This document shows positions 54,660 to 61,348 of a stretch of 64,000 nt of DNA, one piece after another (position 1 is the stretch's first letter; each line of letters opens with the position of its first letter). Position numbers and translations under genes: made by a program. The notes beneath the pieces were generated by a model. The model searched no databases and was not told the origin of the DNA. It worked only from the letters and a program-made list of their open reading frames with translations. This DNA is from Lachnospiraceae bacterium (lineage in GTDB: Bacteria; Bacillota; Clostridia; Lachnospirales; Lachnospiraceae): the NCBI GenBank assembly GCA_028692275.1, contig JAQUXR010000001.1:67700-131699 (forward strand), written 5' to 3'.

Positions 54660-55041
54660 ATTTCAAATCTTCCAGGAAAACATCATTGATAGCACCATAG
54701 CCATATAAATCCACAACGTATTTTAAGCCATCAGAGACTTCCTCTCTGGAAAAATCATGTTCACATAAAAATTCTGTATCTTTTTTATTCAGATAATCAT
54801 AAAACATCAAGGCCAGCTGAAATTTTTTCATATTCCGGACATCCAAATGGTCCGTCAGAATATTTTCAGCATCATTGATATCACCGTCATCAATCATCAT
54901 GGTCAGTCTTTTATAAAGTTCTGCATTCTCCTGGTCAATGGCAACATCCTCTTTGTCTATATCAACATTAAATATCAGCTTCAACAAGGTTCTTACAATC
55001 TCATGAATCATACGTAATATATAATCTTTTTCTTCAAACAT
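54658..55041 (-). CDS. hypothetical small helical protein (127 aa; resembles the DUF6483-type Clostridial family by recollection)
   Basis: ATG 55041 with GGAGG 6 nt upstream. Starts MFEEKDYILRMIHEIVRTLLKLIFN. Confidence 0.55.
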   Translation of the reverse strand: MFEEKDYILRMIHEIVRTLLKLIFNVDIDKEDVAIDQENAELYKRLTMMIDDGDINDAENILTDHLDVRNMKKFQLALMFYDYLNKKDTEFLCEHDFSREEVSDGLKYVVDLYGYGAINDVFLEDLK

Positions 55042-55069
55042 AACGAACCTCCAAATATCCTATCGCATG

Positions 55070-55110
55070 AAAAAAGCTCCGGGAGAACCTTTGACAGTTC
55101 TACCGGAGCA
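55070..55110 (-). terminator. strong intrinsic terminator after rplL
   Basis: mRNA sense GCTCCGG-tAGAAC-tgtcaaag-GTTCTc-CCGGAGC followed by TTTTTT. Confidence 0.85.
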
Positions 55111-55125
55111 TTTAGATTACAATAA

Positions 55126-55500
55126 TTATTTAATTGTAACTTTAGCACCTTCAGCTTCGAATTTAGCTTTGATTTCTTCAGCTTCTTCTTTGCTTGCGCC
55201 TTCTTTAACCATCTTAGGTGCGCTATCAACAGCTTCTTTAGCTTCTTTTAAGCCAAGACCTGTTACTTCACGAACAACCTTGATAACCTTAACTTTGTTA
55301 GGACCAACTTCTGTTAATTCAACGTCAAATTCAGTTTTTTCTTCGCCTGCTGCTGCACCATCACCTGCTGCTGCTACAACAACACCTGCTGCTGCGGATA
55401 CACCAAATTCTTCTTCACATGCTGTTACTAATTCGTTTAATTCTAATACAGATAATTCTTTAATAGCTTCAATAAATTCAGCTGTAGTTAATTTTGCCAT
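55126..55500 (-). CDS. rplL: 50S ribosomal protein L7/L12
   Basis: 124 aa with an Ala-rich hinge. Ends [41 protein letters not shown]. Confidence 0.96.
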   Translation of the reverse strand: MAKLTTAEFIEAIKELSVLELNELVTACEEEFGVSAAAGVVVAAAGDGAAAGEEKTEFDVELTEVGPNKVKVIKVVREVTGLGLKEAKEAVDSAPKMVKEGASKEEAEEIKAKFEAEGAKVTIK

Positions 55501-55539
55501 TCTTTTTTACCTCCAATTAAATTTTAATAGGCTACTGCA

Positions 55540-56034
55540 TTATGCTGCAGTTTCATCTTTTTCTGCGATCTGTTTAATAACTCGAGCAAAGTTTGCAATA
55601 GGAGACTGAATACTTCCAAGCAATTTTCCAAGAAGAATTTCTCTTGAAGGAATTGTTGCAATAACTTTGATCATCTTTTCGTCGTAGTACTCGCCAGCTA
55701 CGATACCTGCTTTAAACTCAAGCTTAGGCATTGTTTTGCTTGCTTCGTTTAAAAGTCTAGCTGGTGCTGTTGCATCTTCTGTGCTGATAGCAATAGCTGT
55801 AGGTCCTTCGAGAACGTCAGAGATTTTCTCCCATTCTGTTCCAGCTACGGCACGTTTGATTAAAGTATTCTTATAAACTTTGTAAGTCACGCCTGCTTCT
55901 CTTAAAGATTTACGAAGCTGTGTGTCCTCTTCAACTGTAAGTCCACGATAATCAACAGCTACTAATGCCTCAGCATCTTTGAGCAGTGCAGAAATTTCAT
56001 CTACGACTGGCTGTTTTAATTCAACTTTTGCCAC
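55540..56034 (-). CDS. rplJ: 50S ribosomal protein L10
   Basis: 164 aa. GTG start at 56034 with AGGAGG 9 nt upstream. Precedes rplL. Confidence 0.94.
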   Translation of the reverse strand: MAKVELKQPVVDEISALLKDAEALVAVDYRGLTVEEDTQLRKSLREAGVTYKVYKNTLIKRAVAGTEWEKISDVLEGPTAIAISTEDATAPARLLNEASKTMPKLEFKAGIVAGEYYDEKMIKVIATIPSREILLGKLLGSIQSPIANFARVIKQIAEKDETAA

Positions 56035-56212
56035 GTTGGTGCACCTCCTTGTAGATTCTAGTGTACCGCCATAGAAAAACCTCTCCGTCCTTGAACAGAG
56101 AGGTCTTATAAACTATTTAAACATATCTGATAAATCAGATGCGTATAGTTCTCCCTCGGTAGGCGTTCATAACTTATGCCTTACGGCACCTACTGTCTCT
56201 GGCAGCATTCGC
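56035..56212 (-). promoter_or_regulatory. rplJ 5' leader, L10-leader-like attenuator
   Basis: About 175-nt UTR. Helix GUAGG[UGCC-GUAA-GGCA]..CCUAC spans 56159-56193. A terminator-like hairpin ACCUCUC..GAGAGGU+UUUUCU (56073-56104) sits just before the SD. Confidence 0.6.
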
Positions 56213-56218
56213 TTTAAT

Positions 56219-56247
56219 ACTATATCATTTTCTAAAGTGGTTGTCAA
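56219..56247 (-). promoter_or_regulatory. sigma-A type promoter of rplJL
   Basis: Minus strand TTGACA, 17 nt, TATAGT, immediately after the rplA stop. Confidence 0.7.
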
Positions 56248-56269
56248 TCAAAAAACCAACTTATTTTAA

Positions 56270-56962
56270 TTATGCTATTTTTACAGTATTGAGTTTGATA
56301 CCAGGTCCCATAGTGGAAGTGATAACAACGCTCTTTAAGTACTGGCCTTTAGCAGCTGCTGGTTTTGCCTTATTGATTGCTCCGATTAATGTATGGAAGT
56401 TGTCCGCTAACTGTTCTTCTGAGAAAGAAGCTTTTCCGATTGGCACATGAATGATGTTTGTTTTATCGAGTCTGTATTCAATCTTACCAGCTTTAATATC
56501 ATTAATCGCTTTTGTTACGTCCATGGTTACTGTACCAGCTTTAGGGTTTGGCATTAAGCCTTTAGGTCCGAGGACACGTCCAAGACGACCTACAACGCCC
56601 ATCATATCCGGTGTTGCAACAACAACATCGAAATCCAACCATCCTTCTTTCTGGATCTTTGGAACTAATTCTTCGCCACCAACGAAATCTGCTCCGGCTG
56701 CTTCTGCTTCTGCAACTTTATCACCCTTTGCAAATACGAGTACGCGAACAGTTTTACCGGTACCGTGTGGCAGTACAACTGCACCACGAACCTGCTGGTC
56801 AGCATGACGTCCATCAACACCTAAACGAATATGTGCTTCGATGGTCTCGTCAAACTTTGCGTTTGCTGTTTTCTTTAAAATACTTACTGCTTCGTCAACA
56901 TCATAAAGAGTTGCACGGTCTACTAACTTTGCAGACTCTACATATCTCTTACCTTTTTTCAT
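56270..56962 (-). CDS. rplA: 50S ribosomal protein L1
   Basis: 230 aa starting [16 protein letters not shown] and containing [15 protein letters not shown]. Confidence 0.96.
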   Translation of the reverse strand: MKKGKRYVESAKLVDRATLYDVDEAVSILKKTANAKFDETIEAHIRLGVDGRHADQQVRGAVVLPHGTGKTVRVLVFAKGDKVAEAEAAGADFVGGEELVPKIQKEGWLDFDVVVATPDMMGVVGRLGRVLGPKGLMPNPKAGTVTMDVTKAINDIKAGKIEYRLDKTNIIHVPIGKASFSEEQLADNFHTLIGAINKAKPAAAKGQYLKSVVITSTMGPGIKLNTVKIA

Positions 56963-56978
56963 GATTAAAAATCCTCCT

Positions 56979-57012
56979 TGTGGTATTATCGGGAGCTACC
57001 CTCCCACTGTTT
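56979..57012 (-). promoter_or_regulatory. L1-binding-site-like motif in front of rplA
   Basis: mRNA sense AACAGUGGGAGGGUAGCUCCCGAUAAUACCACAA, just 5' of the rplA SD. Its core is shared with the motif at 57641-57680. Confidence 0.5.
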
Positions 57013-57047
57013 CTATAAATATCTGATTTTGGTTACTCGTTCACTGT

Positions 57048-57090
57048 ACTAACCTTGACCTTCGTCTATCGACTCGGTTTCGCTAAGTGC
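57048..57090. repeat. 43-nt direct repeat, copy 1 (rplK-rplA spacer)
   Basis: actaaccttgaccttcgtctatcgactcggtttcgctaagtgc, 42/43 identical to copy 2. Confidence 0.9.
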
Positions 57091-57152
57091 ATGCGGGTAT
57101 GTTCTCTCAACTAAGCTCGCTTTCACTCGCTAAGGTTCGAGAACGGGTTCGC

Positions 57153-57195
57153 ACTAACCTTGACCTTCGTCTATCGACTCGGTCTCGCTAAGTGC
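57153..57195. repeat. 43-nt direct repeat, copy 2 (ends 1 nt from the rplK stop codon)
   Basis: actaaccttgaccttcgtctatcgactcggtctcgctaagtgc, offset 105 nt from copy 1. Confidence 0.9.
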
Positions 57196-57196
57196 T

Positions 57197-57622
57197 CTAC
57201 TCCTCTACAGTGATTCCCATGCTGCGTGCTGTACCAGCGATCATGCTGATAGCAGTTTCGATGCTTCCTGCATTTAAGTCAGGCATCTTCATCTCAGCGA
57301 TTTTCTGAAGTTCATCTCTGGAAATAGTAGCAACCTTTGTTTTGTTAGGTACTGCGGAACCAGATTTAAGTTTACAAGCTTTCTTTAAAAGAACAGCTGC
57401 TGGTGGAGTTTTTGTGATGAAGCTAAAGCTTCTATCATTGTAAACTGTGATAACAACAGGGATGATTAAATCTCCCTTGTCTGCAGTTCTTGCATTAAAC
57501 TCTTTTGTAAACTGTACAATATTAACACCGTGCTGACCTAAAGCAGGTCCAACTGGTGGTGCTGGTGTTGCCTTACCAGCAGGAATCTGTAATTTAATAT
57601 ATCCTGTGACTTTCTTTGCCAT
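57197..57622 (-). CDS. rplK: 50S ribosomal protein L11
   Basis: 141 aa starting [35 protein letters not shown]. Confidence 0.96.
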   Translation of the reverse strand: MAKKVTGYIKLQIPAGKATPAPPVGPALGQHGVNIVQFTKEFNARTADKGDLIIPVVITVYNDRSFSFITKTPPAAVLLKKACKLKSGSAVPNKTKVATISRDELQKIAEMKMPDLNAGSIETAISMIAGTARSMGITVEE

Positions 57623-57640
57623 AATAGCATACCTCCTGAA

Positions 57641-57680
57641 TATTGTGGTAATTGCGGGAATGTCCCTCCCACTGCCTGCA
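57641..57680 (-). promoter_or_regulatory. L1-binding-site-like motif in the rplK leader
   Basis: mRNA sense GGCAGUGGGAGGGACAUUCCCGCAAUUACCACAA, 5' of the rplK SD. Preceded by hairpin CTGCA..TGCAG. Confidence 0.5.
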
Positions 57681-57704
57681 TCTATGTGCAGACTTCATCT
57701 TGTG

Positions 57705-58217
57705 TTACATTTTTCGAATATCTAAGACGCTGATTTCAACAGCTGTCTCACGTCCAAACATCTCAACGCCGATAGTAACCGTTGATTTTCCCTGATTAAT
57801 GCTTCGGATAACCCCTACGGTTTCTTCCCATGCTCCGGAAGACACACGTACAGTATCGCCTACTTCGTAGTCCAACTGAACTTCTTCGCTGATTCCTAAT
57901 GGAGCCATCTCGGCATCCGTCAGCGGAACAGGTTTCGACTCCGGTCCGACAAATCCGGTAACACCTCGGGTATTACGTACAACGTACCAGGTTTCATCAT
58001 TCATAATCATATGAAGCAGTACATAACCCGGGAAAAGTTTCTTCTGAACGTTCTTTTTCTGACCGTTCTTAACTTCTGCCACGTTCTGCATCGGCACCTG
58101 AACGTCTAAAATCTGGTCTTCCAGATGTAAATTCTGGATGGATTTTTCGATATTCGCCTTCACTTTGTTTTCATAGCCTGAATAGGTATGCACTACATAC
58201 CATTGTGCTTCTGCCAT
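57705..58217 (-). CDS. nusG: transcription termination/antitermination factor NusG
   Basis: Trimmed to ATG 58217 (MAEAQWYVVHTYSGYENKVK..). KOW region GDTVRVSSGAWEETVGVI. Confidence 0.94.
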   Translation of the reverse strand: MAEAQWYVVHTYSGYENKVKANIEKSIQNLHLEDQILDVQVPMQNVAEVKNGQKKNVQKKLFPGYVLLHMIMNDETWYVVRNTRGVTGFVGPESKPVPLTDAEMAPLGISEEVQLDYEVGDTVRVSSGAWEETVGVIRSINQGKSTVTIGVEMFGRETAVEISVLDIRKM

Positions 58218-58230
58218 AATTTCACCTTTC

Positions 58231-58431
58231 CTACAGCGAAATGAGGAAATCAACTCCGTAACGGAGCAGGATGTCAAGTACTGCAATTAACAGTCCTAAC
58301 AAAACGGATACCGTTACTACTGCAGTTGTTTCTTTACGGACTGTGACCCTGTCTGGCCAGATAACCTTTTTAAATTCGGCTTTAATCTGGCTGAACTTGC
58401 TGGGTTTGCTTACTTTTTCTGTATCGCCCAT
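58231..58431 (-). CDS. secE: preprotein translocase subunit SecE
   Basis: Small single-TM protein (KAEFKKVIWPDR..TTAVVTVSVLLGLLIAVLD). ATG 58431 lies 8 nt after AAGGAG. The track GTG 58440 lies inside the SD. Confidence 0.88.
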   Translation of the reverse strand: MGDTEKVSKPSKFSQIKAEFKKVIWPDRVTVRKETTAVVTVSVLLGLLIAVLDILLRYGVDFLISL

Positions 58432-58456
58432 ATCATTCACTCCTTGCCATCGCTAA

Positions 58457-58606
58457 CTACTTGGTTTCCTTGTGTAATGTGTGTTTCTTACAGAATCTGC
58501 AGTATTTTTTCGTTTCCATTCTGTCCGGATGAGCTTTTTTCTCTTTCGTCAGGTTGTAATTACGCTGCTTACAGTCTGTACATGCCAATGTGATTTTAAC
58601 GCGCAC
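58457..58606 (-). CDS. rpmG: 50S ribosomal protein L33
   Basis: Below the ORF-track cutoff, so translated by hand: GTG 58606 to TAG 58457 gives (M)[59 protein letters not shown] upstream. Confidence 0.9.
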   Translation of the reverse strand: MRVKITLACTDCKQRNYNLTKEKKAHPDRMETKKYCRFCKKHTLHKETK

Positions 58607-58686
58607 AACTTCCACCTCCACTTAAATTTTTTTTGATGGTCTTTTAATTTTAGGCATTAAAAAAAGACCGCTTCCATAGCCCATCC

Positions 58687-58716
58687 ATTATACAACAGGA
58701 CTATCTCCGCCGTCAA
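58687..58716 (-). promoter_or_regulatory. sigma-A type promoter of rpmG-secE-nusG
   Basis: Minus strand TTGACG, 18 nt, TATAAT, about 75 nt upstream of the rpmG start. Confidence 0.65.
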
Positions 58717-58761
58717 CCCTAATTTTTACTGACTTTTTCTTATTCTATTATAATTCTCCGG

Positions 58762-59478
58762 CTATCCCTCACCAAATCCAATACAGAGAGTCAGAAAATA
58801 AACTTTTTCTACACCGGCTTTTTTAAGGATGGCTCCACAAACTTCCATGGTGCTTCCTGTGGTATAGATATCGTCTACAAGCATAACACGTTTGAGGTTC
58901 TCAGGCAAGTGGTGAATTTCCATGGACTTTGTCAAATTATGTCGACGCTCACGGTCCGAAAGGGCCTTCTGGGGCTCCGTCCACCGGTTTCTACGCAATA
59001 TTTTTCCATCTACCGGGATATTCATGCGTTTTCCTATGTCCCTTGCCAAAAGTTCAGCCTGATTGAAGCCACGGATTCGTTTTTTCCTTGGATGAAGGGG
59101 AACCGGAACAAGCACCTGCGGTGCCTTTTGCCGAATCCAGCTGCCCAATACTCTGGACGCCTCTTCCCCATAGAAAGGTGTATAGCTTCTAAGACCTTTA
59201 TATTTATAATCCAATACAGATTTTTGAATATCACCCTTATAGAGCCACAATGCCCGCCCGGAATCAAAACTCCGGCTATGCCGCTCCCGGCTTTTAAAAC
59301 AATCCAGACACCATTCTCCGGTTTCACTGGATATGGGCTTTCCACACCGTTTACACAAAGGTTCTTTCACCCACGGCAGCTTCTTATAGCAGGCCTTGTG
59401 TACCCGGCCTTCATTGAGTGCCAATAATTCGCCACACAAAGGGCAATGGGGCGGAAAAATTAAATTTATTATTTTCAA
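58762..59478 (-). CDS. comF: ComF family protein (phosphoribosyltransferase-type, ComFC-like)
   Basis: 238 aa with an N-terminal Cys4 zinc finger (CPLCG..C..CKRCG..C) and PRTase motif VMLVDDIYTTGSTM. TTG start. Confidence 0.82.
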   Translation of the reverse strand: MKIINLIFPPHCPLCGELLALNEGRVHKACYKKLPWVKEPLCKRCGKPISSETGEWCLDCFKSRERHSRSFDSGRALWLYKGDIQKSVLDYKYKGLRSYTPFYGEEASRVLGSWIRQKAPQVLVPVPLHPRKKRIRGFNQAELLARDIGKRMNIPVDGKILRRNRWTEPQKALSDRERRHNLTKSMEIHHLPENLKRVMLVDDIYTTGSTMEVCGAILKKAGVEKVYFLTLCIGFGEG

Positions 59479-59496
59479 ATTATCATTCCTTTTTCA

Positions 59497-59540
59497 GGAG
59501 TCAGGTGCCGGGCGGAATTCCGGCACCCCTCCCCTTTTTT
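59497..59540 (+). terminator. plus-strand-oriented intrinsic terminator-like hairpin
   Basis: GGAG-tca-GGTGCCGG-gcggaatt-CCGGCACC-c-CTCC-cc-TTTTTT. The U-tract is only on the plus strand, and no plus-strand gene lies upstream. Confidence 0.5.
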
Positions 59541-59711
59541 AGTGAATTTTGTATGCCATCAGACAATAGCTTTTATTTTTAAAATTTCAATTTCAAGATT
59601 TAAGTTTCGGTTTTTATTCTTTGTTGTTGGCAGTTTTATTTTTTTATTTCTTCGCCTAAACTTTCACCTTGATATTGTTTTAATGTCTAACGACTTTATA
59701 CAGATGGGACA

Positions 59712-60227
59712 TTACGGAGTTGTCCCCTCATTTAAAGAGCAATCCGGTATTCCTGCCGGATCATGATAATGATGGTGAATACTGTCGACCTCTATAAACT
59801 CGTACTCATCACCTGCGTAAACATAGATTCTGTTGTGGGTCCGGTAATCGTAGCCCCAGTCCACCGGCTCATCATAGTAATCCTCCATGAATGATTGCCA
59901 GTCATAGACAATATCCACGGTACAACCCAGATTTTCCCAATGGTCACCCACACGTTTTTGGAGATAAACATAGGATATAATCTTATCTGTCAAGTTATGA
60001 TAACCATTGACATCACAATAGACATCCACATAACCCTCCGGATCTATCCCCATAGCCACATGAACACTATCTGTATAACTCCACCGGGAGGTTTTTTCAT
60101 GGCCGGGTACCACTTCATGGGAGTAATCATTATTATCCACCGGCTCCGCCGCATAGGTATGCAACGAAATGCTAAATGTTAATAATATCATTAATATAGC
60201 CACACTTTTTTTAATATGACTTCTCAT
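59712..60227 (-). CDS. secreted protein of unknown function (Asp/Tyr/His-rich)
   Basis: Signal peptide MRSHIKKSVAILMILLTFSISLHTYAAEP. 17-nt overlap with the upstream gene. Confidence 0.65.
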   Translation of the reverse strand: MRSHIKKSVAILMILLTFSISLHTYAAEPVDNNDYSHEVVPGHEKTSRWSYTDSVHVAMGIDPEGYVDVYCDVNGYHNLTDKIISYVYLQKRVGDHWENLGCTVDIVYDWQSFMEDYYDEPVDWGYDYRTHNRIYVYAGDEYEFIEVDSIHHHYHDPAGIPDCSLNEGTTP

Positions 60228-61146
60228 TTTTTTCCTCCACTGGTTTTATAGAAGCTGCTATTTTCATCAATTTTTTCAGAGCGTCTTCATCTCCAGCCAA
60301 TTCAAAAACATAACCTTCCTGTTGCCATTGCAAATGCCTTTGACTATTTTTAATATAGGTTATACCCGAATATTCCCCAGCAACAGTTACATCCTCATAG
60401 ACTAACTCTTCTTGGTTATAACCCGACCAAAAAATCAATGGTCGCTGTTGAAAACTATAGGACTCTTGATTATCACTTACGTACCTAATCACTACTCGTT
60501 TTTCCTGAATTTCTCTTTCACTCTCTTCATACCCATCTAGCACAACTGCCGGTTCATAAACAGTTTGGATCTCTTGGGGGGTATCCGAAACCTGATTTGA
60601 ACCATATCGTGCTAAGTCGTCTATAGACGCACTGCTAAATAAAGATTGCACATGCATAACGAGCTGACGAATCGGCTCGGGCATGGCAAGGGCAGCATTT
60701 GTACTCAGGGCGAGTGAAATCGTCAGGACTGCCAATGCGGCAGCCACAGTGGCTGGAATTGCGAAACGGCCCCGGCCTTTTTTAGCAGGTTTCTCTTCCT
60801 TGCTATCAAAGGCCTTCTGCAGCATCTGTTGTTTGCGTGCTTCATACTCCTGCGAAAATACACGAGGGTTCTCTTCGCCATCAGAAACGGGTTCGACTTC
60901 ATCTTCAAGAAAACGTTCTACCGCTCGTTCCATTGCGCTGATTCGCTTCAGGTCCATATCTTCCGCGGATTCTTCCTCCGGTGTATGGTCACCTCTCTTA
61001 TTATTGAACGGATATAGATTCTCTGACGATTCATCGATGTCTGTTTCGGACTTTTTCAGATTTGAAGCATTATCGTGTTCCTCAGACACTTCTTTCAAAG
61101 TATCCTTTTTAGAGAGACCAACACTGACTTTTTCTTCCTTTGACAT
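60211..61146 (-). CDS. single-pass membrane protein with DUF4367-like C-terminal domain (anti-sigma-like architecture, no adjacent sigma)
   Basis: Trimmed to ATG 61146. Charged cytoplasmic N-terminus, then TM helix FAIPATVAAALAVLTISLALS. C-terminal region is LQWQQEGYVFELAGDEDALKKLMKIAASI. Confidence 0.6.
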   Translation of the reverse strand: MSKEEKVSVGLSKKDTLKEVSEEHDNASNLKKSETDIDESSENLYPFNNKRGDHTPEEESAEDMDLKRISAMERAVERFLEDEVEPVSDGEENPRVFSQEYEARKQQMLQKAFDSKEEKPAKKGRGRFAIPATVAAALAVLTISLALSTNAALAMPEPIRQLVMHVQSLFSSASIDDLARYGSNQVSDTPQEIQTVYEPAVVLDGYEESEREIQEKRVVIRYVSDNQESYSFQQRPLIFWSGYNQEELVYEDVTVAGEYSGITYIKNSQRHLQWQQEGYVFELAGDEDALKKLMKIAASIKPVEEKNEKSY

Positions 61147-61294
61147 CCGTATCAGCCCTCCTTTTTTATAAACTATCAATGCCCTCGAATGTCTCTCTAC
61201 TTATATATCCCCCTGGAGTGACATTTTGTGACATAATTTTTAAAACTTTTTATTATTTTCTATAAATCCTATTATACCATAGGAATAATCAAGC

Positions 61295-61329
61295 AAAAAG
61301 GGAAATATCCAACGAGGATATTTCCCTTA
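61295..61329 (-). terminator. intrinsic terminator after the LCP gene
   Basis: mRNA sense AAGGGAAATATCC-tcgtt-GGATATTTCCCTT followed by TTT. Confidence 0.8.
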
Positions 61330-61348
61330 ATATAAAATCTATAAATTT

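Noticed and set aside
55067-55609. 180-aa plus-strand ORF rich in Ala/Ser/Thr/Leu.
   Set aside because: It is the antisense shadow of rplL/rplJ (the Ala/Glu/Lys-rich hinge read on the other strand). It has no SD and spans a terminator and an intergenic region.
57048-57195. The 43-nt repeats as a CRISPR array.
   Set aside because: There are only two copies, the 62-nt sequence between them is related to the repeats, there are no cas genes, and the element lies inside a ribosomal operon.
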